64,000 nt of DNA, taken from NCBI GenBank assembly GCA_965223855.1, contig CBDCXM010000002.1, positions 160,001 through 224,000 of the forward strand, read 5' to 3'. The notes beneath the pieces were generated by a model that made no database searches, was not told the DNA's origin, and was given only the letters and a program-made list of their open reading frames with translations. The stretch is from Candidatus Multivoradales bacterium (GTDB lineage Bacteria > Acidobacteriota > Thermoanaerobaculia > Multivoradales > JAHEKO01). Below, in pieces: positions 29,670-37,984 of this stretch. Both the position numbers and the translations under genes were made by a program. Every line of letters begins with the position of its first letter. The first letter of the stretch is position 1.

Positions 29670-30677
29670 TCACGGGTGGATCAGACGCGCGAAACTCGCC
29701 GGATCGATGTTGGCGCCGCAGACGACGAGCCCGACTCGCCGTCCGGCCAGCCGTTCTCGCAGCGGCCCCCACAAGGCGGCCGTGGACGCTGCGGTGGCGG
29801 GCTCCCCTGCAAGCTTGAGCTCGGTCAGGAGGAGCCGCATTGCCGCCACCAGCGAGTCGTCGGTGACGAGCACCAGTTCGTCGATGTAGCGGCGGCACAG
29901 CGCGAACGAGTACGGCGCGGCGTGGGGCGCTCCCAGGCTGTCGGCGACGGTGTTGACGCTTTCGATGCGCTGCGGGCTTCCAGCTTCGAAGCTGCGATGC
30001 ATCGAGTCGGCACCCTGCGGCTCGACGCCGAACACCCGGCACGAAGGCTGCAACGCCTTGACGGCGGTCGCCACGCCGGCGGCGAGACCGCCGCCTCCGA
30101 CCGGAACGATCACTGCGTCGAGGTCGGGGACCTGCTCGGCGAACTCGAGGCCGACGGTCGCCGTGCCGAGGACGGTCAACGGCCCCTCGAACGGATGGAC
30201 GAAGGCGCGCCCCTCGTCGCGTTCGATCGCTTGAACGATGTCGAATGCGCTGTGCACGTCGGGCGCCTTGACCACCTCCGCTCCGAACGCGCGACACGCT
30301 TCGACACGAGCCGGATTGGCGGACTCGATCATGACGACCTTAGCCGTGGTGCCGAGCTCGCGGGCGGCGTAGGCGACGGCGATCGCGTGATTGCCGGCGC
30401 TCACCGCCGTCACGCCGCGCCCGAGCTGGTCGTCGTCCAGTACCAGCATGTTGAGGAGGGCGCCCCTCGGCTTGAAGGTGCCGGCAAACTGGAACAGCTC
30501 GAGTTTGAGGAACACCTCGGTATCGCTGCCGAGATGGCGCTCGATCTCGAGCCCGCGCCACCGCCATGCGGGCGTCGTGCGGATCCGTGCACCGAGCCTG
30601 ACGCGAGCCTCGCGGATGGCGTCGAGGTCGGGCGGCTCGATGTGGGCGGCTTCGGGACTCGTCTCTTCGAACTTCAG
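29670..30677 (-). CDS. PLP-dependent threonine/serine dehydratase
   Basis: KLELFQFAGTFKPRG, SAGNHA, HPF, PVGGGGL, GEPATA, CGAN; probable CTG start 30677 after GGAGG. Confidence 0.9.
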   Translation of the reverse strand: MKFEETSPEAAHIEPPDLDAIREARVRLGARIRTTPAWRWRGLEIERHLGSDTEVFLKLELFQFAGTFKPRGALLNMLVLDDDQLGRGVTAVSAGNHAIAVAYAARELGTTAKVVMIESANPARVEACRAFGAEVVKAPDVHSAFDIVQAIERDEGRAFVHPFEGPLTVLGTATVGLEFAEQVPDLDAVIVPVGGGGLAAGVATAVKALQPSCRVFGVEPQGADSMHRSFEAGSPQRIESVNTVADSLGAPHAAPYSFALCRRYIDELVLVTDDSLVAAMRLLLTELKLAGEPATAASTAALWGPLRERLAGRRVGLVVCGANIDPASFARLIHP

Positions 30678-30802
30678 TGGCGGGGCCTCCGCGCAGATTC
30701 TCGCACGGCGGCCCCGCCGGTAGAGGGGGCGTGACGCCGGCGGGTCGCGCCGGCAGCCGCCTCTCTGGGACTCCTTGGCGGGAGGACGATTCGCCGGGGA
30801 GG

Positions 30803-31654
30803 CTATTCGCCCGGCACCCCCGGAAGGCCGGCGCAGTCGGTCTCCTCGCCGTTGACGACGCACTCGCAGTCACCGTCGCTGCAGGTGACCTTCACCTCGC
30901 ACTCGTCGGCGCCGCCGCAGTCGAAGTCGCCGAAGGCGGCACCCGCATCGCAGTCGTCGCCGTCACAGTCGAGCTGGAGCACCTTGACGCCGTCCCCGTC
31001 TCCGAAGCGCATCACGTGGTGTTGGCCGTGGGCTCCGGGTCCGATGCGGATCGACTTGCCTTCGCCGTTGCGGAACATGTGCTGCAACCCGTGGCCGTGG
31101 AACGCCATCTTCCGCTCGCGTTCCTCGATCGTCGCCGTCCGCTGCTCGACCTGGCCGTCACGCCAGATCTCGAGAGCCGCGACGTGCCCCTCTTCCAGCT
31201 TCCCTACGGCTCGCGCGAGGCCTACGCTGCTGGTCACGCTCTCCCCGTCGAGCAGGGTGATGATGTCGCCGGCCTCGAGACCGGCTCGCTGGGCGGGACT
31301 GTCGTCTACGACCTTGCCGACCATGACACCGACGTCGGACGGCACGCCGAAGTGTTCTCGGAGCTCCGAGGTCAGATCGGTGAGCTGGACGCCGAGGTAG
31401 CCTGCGGTGCCACCGAAACCGCCGAGGAGTTCGCCGAAGCTCTCTCCGTTCCACTCGAACTCGCCGTCGCCGAGGACCATGACCTCCGCCGGCTCACAGT
31501 CGCCGTCGTCGCAGTGAGTCTTCGTCTCGATCCGGACGACTCTCCTGCCGGAGTCGTCGGCGATCGCGAGGGGGGTCAGGGGCGTCAGTCCAGCCGCGAC
31601 GAACAGCAGGAGCGCGGCGGGGACGAGTGGCAGCCGTCTCTCGTTGGGGTTCAT
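30803..31654 (-). CDS. Secreted PDZ-domain protein with Cys/Asp-rich flanks
   Basis: Signal peptide, GYLGV.L..LT..LR..FG...GV.V..V..DSPA..AGL.AGD (HtrA-type PDZ), no protease domain. Confidence 0.8.
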   Translation of the reverse strand: MNPNERRLPLVPAALLLFVAAGLTPLTPLAIADDSGRRVVRIETKTHCDDGDCEPAEVMVLGDGEFEWNGESFGELLGGFGGTAGYLGVQLTDLTSELREHFGVPSDVGVMVGKVVDDSPAQRAGLEAGDIITLLDGESVTSSVGLARAVGKLEEGHVAALEIWRDGQVEQRTATIEERERKMAFHGHGLQHMFRNGEGKSIRIGPGAHGQHHVMRFGDGDGVKVLQLDCDGDDCDAGAAFGDFDCGGADECEVKVTCSDGDCECVVNGEETDCAGLPGVPGE

Positions 31655-31783
31655 GCGTGATTCCTCCATCGTTGTTGGGTTTCACAGGAGTGCGAGGGAG
31701 ACGCGCTCCGGTCTTTCAATCGAGTAACGCCCGAGTGTCCAAGCGGTTCCGGCGCCGAAGAGCGCGTCGGATAGTCTCTCCCG

Positions 31784-32227
31784 ATGACGCGCCGCCCCCA
31801 ACCCTGGTATCAGGACGGATTGCGATTCGCCTGCACCCGTTGCGGCGCGTGCTGCAAGGGGGAGGGCTTCGTCTGGGTCGACGAACGGGAAGTGAGCGAG
31901 CTGGCCGACTCCATGAGGCTGTCGGTCGACGACTTCGGCCGGCGATTCCTGCGGCAGGTCGGCTCACGCCTCGCACTGATCGACGGGCCCGACGGAGCCT
32001 GCATCTTCTGGGATGACGGGTGCCGCGTCTATCCGGCGAGGCCGACGCAGTGCAGGACCTTTCCCTTCTGGCGTCAGAACCTGGTGACCGAGGGGAGCTG
32101 GCAACAGGTGGCGCAGGAGAGTCCGGGGGTCGGACGTGGCAAGCTCTACTCGTTGGCCGAGATCGAGCAGCTGGTGGCCGGAATCGGAGAGACGGGAAGC
32201 AGAGACGGAAAACGGAGCGAGCGATGA
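31784..32227 (+). CDS. YkgJ-family cysteine cluster (CxxCxxCC) protein
   Basis: CTRCGACC, CIF, CRVYPARPTQCRTFPFW. Confidence 0.9.
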   Translation: MTRRPQPWYQDGLRFACTRCGACCKGEGFVWVDEREVSELADSMRLSVDDFGRRFLRQVGSRLALIDGPDGACIFWDDGCRVYPARPTQCRTFPFWRQNLVTEGSWQQVAQESPGVGRGKLYSLAEIEQLVAGIGETGSRDGKRSER

Positions 32228-32246
32228 TGGAGCTGGAGACCCGACG

Positions 32247-33989
32247 ATGAAATGGGCGATGAGCGGCATGGCGCTGGTCCTTGCCTTCGGCACGGCCTGC
32301 GCGCCGAGAGGTGGCGACGACGGCCCGAAGGCCGATCTCGTGCTGACCGGCGGGCGGGTCGTGACGATGGACGAATCACTCCCCGAGGCGGAGGCCGTCG
32401 CCGTCGCCGGATCGAGGATCGTGGCGGTGGGGTCGGTCGAGGAGATCGCAGCATGGATCGGCGATACCACCCGGGTCATCGACCTCGAGGGCCGGCTGCT
32501 CTCTCCGGGCTTCATCGAAGGCCACGGTCACTTTCTCGGCCTCGGTGAGGCGGAGATGATCCTCGATCTCTCTCAGGCGGCGAGCTGGCAGGAGATCGTC
32601 GATCAGGTCGCTGCCGCAGTCGAGGAGGCGAGTCCCGGGGACTGGATCCTCGGTCGCGGGTGGCATCAGGAGAAGTGGGACGCTCCTCCCTCTCCGGCCG
32701 TCGAGGGCAACCCGGTGCACGCCGGTCTGAGCGCCGTGAGCCCGGAGAATCCGGTGCTGCTGGGACATGCCAGCGGGCATGCGGCGTTCGCCAACGCCCG
32801 GGCGATGGAGATGGCGGGTCTCACCGCCGACTCCGAGCCGCCCGCCGGAGGGGAGTTCGGGCGCGACGACTCGGGTGCGCTCACCGGGCTGCTGAGAGAA
32901 ACGGCGCAGCGGGTCGTTCGCGCCGCGCTCGAGCAGAGCCGAAGCGAGCGGCCGCCGGAAGCGATCGAAGCGGAGCTGAGGCGCCGGGTCGAGCTCGCCG
33001 GGGAGGAGGCGCTGCGTCACGGAGTGACGAGCTTCCATGATGCCGGCGTCAGTTTCGAGACGATCGACTTCTTCCGTCGCCTCGAGGAGGAAGGGGCGTT
33101 GCCGATCCGTCTCTACGCGATGGTGCGCTACGCCTCGAACGACGAGCTGGCCGGGCGGCTGGCCGACTACTACTGGCCCGCCGAGGGTGACGACTACCTC
33201 ACGGTCCGGTCGATCAAGCGACAGATCGACGGCGCGCTCGGGGCCCATGGCGCCTGGCTGCTCGAGCCCTACGAGGACCTGCCGTCGAGCCACGGCCTCG
33301 TCCTGGAGTCGGAAGAGGAGATCCGCCGTACCGCCGAGGTGGCGATCGAAAACGGCTTTCAGGTCAATACGCACGCCATCGGTGACAGAGCCAACCGTGC
33401 AGTACTCGACATCTACGAGTCGGTCTTCGCGGCCGCCGGAGGGGAGGCGGATCTGCGCTGGCGCATCGAGCACGCTCAGCACGTCCACCCGGACGACCTC
33501 CTGCGCTTCGCTCCGCTGGGGGTCATCGCCTCGATGCAGGGTGTCCATTGCACGTCGGACGCCTCGTGGGTGCCGTTGAGGATCGGCGACGAGCGGGCCG
33601 CCAGCGGCGCCTACATGTGGCGCACCCTTCTCGACCTCGGTGTCGTCATCAACAACGGCACCGACGTGCCGGTGGAGAAGATCGACCCGATCGCCAGTTT
33701 CTATGCATCGGTGTCGCGCCGTCTGGCGGGCGGCTCGACGTTCTATCCCGAGCAGAGCATGACGCGCATGGAGGCGCTCGAGAGCTACACACTGAGCAAC
33801 GCCTACGCCGCCTTCGAGGAAGATCTCAAGGGCTCGATCACCGTCGGCAAGCTCGCCGATCTCGTGGTGCTCTCGCGCGACATCCTGGCGGTCGACGAGG
33901 ACGAGATTCCGGGCACCGAGATCGACTACACGATCCTGGGAGGCGAGGTTCGCTACGAGAGGGGGCCTTGGGTGGCTCCGAAGTCCTGA
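32247..33989 (+). CDS. Amidohydrolase (YtcJ/Amidohydro_3-like), lipoprotein
   Basis: PGFIEGHGH, SGHA..AN, DGALG, HAIGDRAN, RIEHAQ, GTDVPVE, GKLADLVVL. Confidence 0.92.
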   Translation: MKWAMSGMALVLAFGTACAPRGGDDGPKADLVLTGGRVVTMDESLPEAEAVAVAGSRIVAVGSVEEIAAWIGDTTRVIDLEGRLLSPGFIEGHGHFLGLGEAEMILDLSQAASWQEIVDQVAAAVEEASPGDWILGRGWHQEKWDAPPSPAVEGNPVHAGLSAVSPENPVLLGHASGHAAFANARAMEMAGLTADSEPPAGGEFGRDDSGALTGLLRETAQRVVRAALEQSRSERPPEAIEAELRRRVELAGEEALRHGVTSFHDAGVSFETIDFFRRLEEEGALPIRLYAMVRYASNDELAGRLADYYWPAEGDDYLTVRSIKRQIDGALGAHGAWLLEPYEDLPSSHGLVLESEEEIRRTAEVAIENGFQVNTHAIGDRANRAVLDIYESVFAAAGGEADLRWRIEHAQHVHPDDLLRFAPLGVIASMQGVHCTSDASWVPLRIGDERAASGAYMWRTLLDLGVVINNGTDVPVEKIDPIASFYASVSRRLAGGSTFYPEQSMTRMEALESYTLSNAYAAFEEDLKGSITVGKLADLVVLSRDILAVDEDEIPGTEIDYTILGGEVRYERGPWVAPKS

Positions 33990-34023
33990 CTGTGGAGAGA
34001 TCGTGGATCGAGGAGGGCGAGCG

Positions 34024-34371
34024 ATGATCGAACTCATCTGCACCCGCACCTGAACGACCTGCCGCAAGGCGGTCGCCTTGCTCGAAGAGAAAGGGGCCGA
34101 GTACCGCTACCGCGAGTACCGGAGCGATCCGCTTTCCGTCGATGAGATTCGCGCCGTCCTCGCCAAACTCGGCGTCGAGCCGGTCGAGGTGCTGCGAAGG
34201 CGTGACCGGGCGTGGAAGGAGCTCGACCTGACCGGCGAGGAGACCGCCGAGGACTGGATCGCCCACATGGCGGCGCATCCGACGCTGCTCCAGCGTCCGA
34301 TTGCCGTGCGCGGCGATCGCGCGGTGGTCGGCCGGCCGGTGGAGCGACTGCTCGAGCTGCTCGAAGACTGA
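34024..34371 (+). CDS. ArsC/Spx/MgsR-family thioredoxin-fold selenoprotein (UGA at codon 10 read as Sec; UxxC motif)
   Basis: RBS GAGGAG, ATG 34024, MIELICTRT-UGA-TTCRKA in frame with the ArsC-like body (HPTLLQRPI...AVVGRP); UGA occupies the catalytic Cys position. Confidence 0.85.
34064..34081 (+). promoter_or_regulatory. Bacterial SECIS element candidate
   Basis: GCAAGGC-GGUC-GCCUUGC: 7-bp stem starting 11 nt after the UGA, with a GGUC loop as in the E. coli fdhF SECIS. Confidence 0.75.
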
Positions 34372-34476
34372 GGAGCGGAGCTACCGGGTGCGAGTCGTCG
34401 GTACGGGGTCCAGGTCGGAGCGCAGTTCGAGGTGCAGTCGCAGGCCCGGTTCGAGATGCGGCCGGGTGACTCGAGC

Positions 34477-35751
34477 ATGACCCTCGAGCTCGCGGATCGG
34501 GATCGCGCCCGGCTTGCGGGAGAGGAGGGCGAGGCGGCGAGGCTCGCCATGCAGGTGCTCGTCGACATGGCCGAGATCTACGGTGCGCGACGGCTGCTCG
34601 ACATCGAGTCGGCGCACGTCGACGGCTGCCTCTACCACGGCGACTCGGGGATCGACTTTGCACAGCGCCTCGTCGCGGGCGGCGGCCGGGTCGCGGTTCC
34701 GACGACGCTCAATGTCGGGGCGCTCGACCTGCTGCATCCCGACGCGTTCCAGGGAGACGAGGTTCGCCGCGGCAAGGCGGGGCGGCTGATGGAGCTCTAT
34801 CGCGACCTCGGCTGCGAGCCGACCTGGACCTGTGCCCCCTACCAGATCGGCCATCGGCCGGCGCTGGGCGCGCAGGTCGCCTGGGCCGAGAGCAACGCGA
34901 TCGTCTTCGTCAATTCGGTCCTCGGTGCGCGCACGAACCGGTACGGCGATTTCATCGACATCTGCGCGGCGCTGACCGGCCGGGCTCCTGACTGCGGCCT
35001 CCACCAGCAGGGAGCGCGCCGCGCCACGCGCGTCTACCGTCTGGAGGGCTTTCCGCAGCGGCTGCTCGAGAGTCCGATGCTGGCGCCGGTGCTCGGCTAC
35101 GCCGTCGGGGCGGACTGCGCCGGTGCCGTTCCCGCCATCGTCGGTCTGCCACCGACGACGGGAGAGGATTTCCTGAAGGCTCTGGGCGCCGCTGCAGCCT
35201 CTTCCGGGGCGGTCGCCCTCTTCCACGCCGTCGGCGTGACGCCGGAGGCGCCCACCCTGGAAGCGGCGCTCCAGGGGGAGGAGCCGACGACGGAGAGGGT
35301 CCTGACGCCGGCCGACCTGGCACCGGTGCTGGCGAAGCTCTCGACCGTGCCCGACGGTGAGATCGCCGCCGTGGCGCTCGGCAGCCCTCACTTCTCCCTC
35401 GACGAGTTCGAGCGCCTGCTGCCGCTGGTGGAGGCGTACCCACCGTTGCCGTCGGTCGAGTTCGTCGTCTGCACGCATCGGGTTGCCCTTGCCGCTCTCG
35501 AGGCGCGGGGCGCCGCCGAGCGGCTCCGTCGCGCCGGGGTGCGGGTGATCGTCGATACCTGCGTGGTCGTGACCCCGATCCTGCGGACCGTCTCGGGGGC
35601 CCTGATGACCGATTCCGGCAAGTTCGCTCACTACACTCCGGGCAACACCGGTCTCGAAGTGATCTTCGGCTCGCTCGAAGAGTGCGTGCGCTCGGCCCAT
35701 CAGGGGACGGTGTGGCGCGATCGCGAGTTGTGGGCGGAGGCGACCTCGTGA
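34477..35751 (+). CDS. Aconitase X catalytic (large) subunit, DUF521
   Basis: AHVDGC, PTTLN, WTCAPY, WAESNA..F.NSVLGARTN, CAALTG, ASSG...LFH..GVTPEA, LGSPH, DTC, TDSGKFAHY. Confidence 0.9.
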   Translation: MTLELADRDRARLAGEEGEAARLAMQVLVDMAEIYGARRLLDIESAHVDGCLYHGDSGIDFAQRLVAGGGRVAVPTTLNVGALDLLHPDAFQGDEVRRGKAGRLMELYRDLGCEPTWTCAPYQIGHRPALGAQVAWAESNAIVFVNSVLGARTNRYGDFIDICAALTGRAPDCGLHQQGARRATRVYRLEGFPQRLLESPMLAPVLGYAVGADCAGAVPAIVGLPPTTGEDFLKALGAAAASSGAVALFHAVGVTPEAPTLEAALQGEEPTTERVLTPADLAPVLAKLSTVPDGEIAAVALGSPHFSLDEFERLLPLVEAYPPLPSVEFVVCTHRVALAALEARGAAERLRRAGVRVIVDTCVVVTPILRTVSGALMTDSGKFAHYTPGNTGLEVIFGSLEECVRSAHQGTVWRDRELWAEATS

Positions 35752-36218
35752 CCGGGGAGCGGACACCGGGTGGGCGGCCCGGAGGGAGAGGAGACGGCGC
35801 CGTGAGCTGCCGCAACCTCGTCGCCGGCAGTGCCGAAGGGAGAGTCGTCGTGCTGGAAGAGCCGCTGAGCTTCTGGGGCGGCTTCGACCCGGAGACCGGC
35901 CGGGTGATCGACCGGCGGCACCCGCAGAAGGGAGCCCGCCTGAGCGGCCGGATGGTCGCCCTCCCTGCCGGCCGCGGATCGAGCAGCGCCAGCAGCGTGC
36001 TGCTGGAGGCGATCCGGCTCGGAACGGCGCCCGCGGCTCTGCTGCTCGGCGAGGCCGACGGCATCCTGGCGCTGGGCGCGGTCGTCGGGCGTGAGCTCTA
36101 CGGCACGGCGCCCGCGCTGGTCGTCGTGCCGGCCGCCGCCCACGGCGAACTGCGGGACGGCGCCTTGGCCGTCGTCGACGAGTCGGGGCTCCTCACCGTC
36201 GACGGCCGGGAGTCGTGA
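35748..36218 (+). CDS. Aconitase X swivel (small) subunit, DUF126
   Basis: G.AEG...EPLSFWGG.DPETG.VID..HP, GRGSSSAS, GTAPAA; start either 35748 or 35802. Confidence 0.9.
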   Translation: MTGERTPGGRPGGRGDGAVSCRNLVAGSAEGRVVVLEEPLSFWGGFDPETGRVIDRRHPQKGARLSGRMVALPAGRGSSSASSVLLEAIRLGTAPAALLLGEADGILALGAVVGRELYGTAPALVVVPAAAHGELRDGALAVVDESGLLTVDGRES

Positions 36219-36334
36219 TAAGTCTGACGACAGCCAAGCCCGGGATGGGGACCGGGGGTGGAGGTCGCGTGAGGCGAGGATCCAAGGTCGAGCAGGTGTG
36301 CCGCAGGCAGAGCGCCTGCGTGCAGGTCGTCGGT

Positions 36335-37984
36335 ATGCTGGCGGTCGGCGCAGCACTGTGGCTCGGCTGCGCCCGTACCGAGCAGGTGGATCTGGTGCTG
36401 CGGGGCGGCACGCTCTACGACGGCTCAGGCTCCGCGCCCCGTGTCGGCGACGTGGCGATCGACGGCGACCGGATCCTGGCGGTCGCCGAGACGCTCGACG
36501 GGTACCGGGGTGTCGAGGAGATCGACGTCAGCGGGCTCGCGGTCGCGCCCGGTTTCGTCAACATGCTCAGTTGGGCGACCGAGAGCCTGCTCGAGGATCC
36601 GCGCGCTCAAAGCGACATCCGCCAGGGCGTGACCCTGGAGGTCTTCGGGGAGGGCTGGTCGATGGGCCCTCTCAACGAAGCGATGACGGCGGAGATGGTC
36701 GAGCGCCAGGGGGACATCCGCTACGACATCGAATGGACGACGCTCGGCGGCTACCTCGAGCATCTGGAAGGGCGGGGGGTCGCTCCCAACGTGGCCTCCT
36801 ATGTCGGGGCGACGACGGTGCGGATCCACGAGCTCGGCTACGAGGATCGCGCTCCGACCGCCGAGGAGCTCGATCGCATGAGGGGCCTCGTCGCGGCGGC
36901 GATGAAGGAGGGGGCGCTCGGCGTCGGCTCGTCGCTGATCTACGCGCCCGCCTACTACGCCTCGACCGACGAGCTGGTGGCGCTGGCGAGCGAGGCCGCG
37001 AGCTACGGAGGGCTCTACGTCTCCCACATCCGCAGCGAGGGTGACGGGCTGCTCGAGGCGATCGACGAGCTGGTCGAGATCTCGCGGCGATCCGGCGCTC
37101 GCGCGGAGATCTACCACCTCAAGGCGTCGCGCCCCGACAACTGGTCGAAGCTCGAGCCGGCGATCGAGAAGATCGAGGCGGCGCGGCGCTCCGGGCTCGA
37201 CATCGCCGCCAACATCTACACCTATCCGGCGAGCGCGACCGGGCTCGACGCCGCGATGCCGGCCTGGGTCCAGGAAGGGGGGCACGAGGCGTGGGTCGCG
37301 CGTCTGAAGGACCCGGCGGTGCGCGATCGTCTGCGCGAGGAGCTGGATCTCCTGCCTCCCGAGAAGATGCTCTTCATCGATTTCCGCAACGAGGCGCTGG
37401 CACCGCTGATCGGCAAGACGCTGGCGGAGGTCTCCGAGATCCGCGGCACCACACCCGAGGACACGGTGATGGATCTCGTCATCGAGGACGACAGCCGAGT
37501 CGGCACGATCTACTTCTCGATGTCCGAGGAGAACGTGCGCCGCAAGGTCGCCGTTCCGTGGGTGAGCTTCGGTTCCGACGCCGGGGCCCCATCGACCGAA
37601 GGGGTGTTCATCGAGTCGAGCACCCATCCTCGCGCCTACGGCACCTTCGCGCGGCTCCTCGGGCGCTATGTGCGCGAAGAGCGGGTCATCCCGCTCGAGG
37701 AGGCGGTTCGACGCCTCACCTCATGGCCGGCGACGAGGCTCGGCATCGAGGAGCGGGGGCGGCTCGAAGCGGGTCTCTACGCCGACCTGGCGGTCTTCGA
37801 TCCGGACGAGGTGGGGGATCGGGCGACTTTCGAGGCGCCCCATCAGTACTCGGTCGGGATGAAGCATGTCCTCGTCAACGGCATCGCGGTTCTAAAGAAC
37901 GGCGAGCCGACCGGCGCGACACCGGGGCGTTTCGTGCGGGGGCCGGGATATGAGCGCCCGCCCGCGCAGGAGGGGGCGAGTTGA
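36335..37984 (+). CDS. N-acyl-D-amino-acid deacylase (D-aminoacylase), probable lipoprotein
   Basis: APGFVNMLSWA, QGVTLEVFGEG, SHIRSEG, YHLK, GSDAG, HPRAYGTFAR; start uncertain (36215-36335). Confidence 0.9.
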   Translation: MLAVGAALWLGCARTEQVDLVLRGGTLYDGSGSAPRVGDVAIDGDRILAVAETLDGYRGVEEIDVSGLAVAPGFVNMLSWATESLLEDPRAQSDIRQGVTLEVFGEGWSMGPLNEAMTAEMVERQGDIRYDIEWTTLGGYLEHLEGRGVAPNVASYVGATTVRIHELGYEDRAPTAEELDRMRGLVAAAMKEGALGVGSSLIYAPAYYASTDELVALASEAASYGGLYVSHIRSEGDGLLEAIDELVEISRRSGARAEIYHLKASRPDNWSKLEPAIEKIEAARRSGLDIAANIYTYPASATGLDAAMPAWVQEGGHEAWVARLKDPAVRDRLREELDLLPPEKMLFIDFRNEALAPLIGKTLAEVSEIRGTTPEDTVMDLVIEDDSRVGTIYFSMSEENVRRKVAVPWVSFGSDAGAPSTEGVFIESSTHPRAYGTFARLLGRYVREERVIPLEEAVRRLTSWPATRLGIEERGRLEAGLYADLAVFDPDEVGDRATFEAPHQYSVGMKHVLVNGIAVLKNGEPTGATPGRFVRGPGYERPPAQEGAS

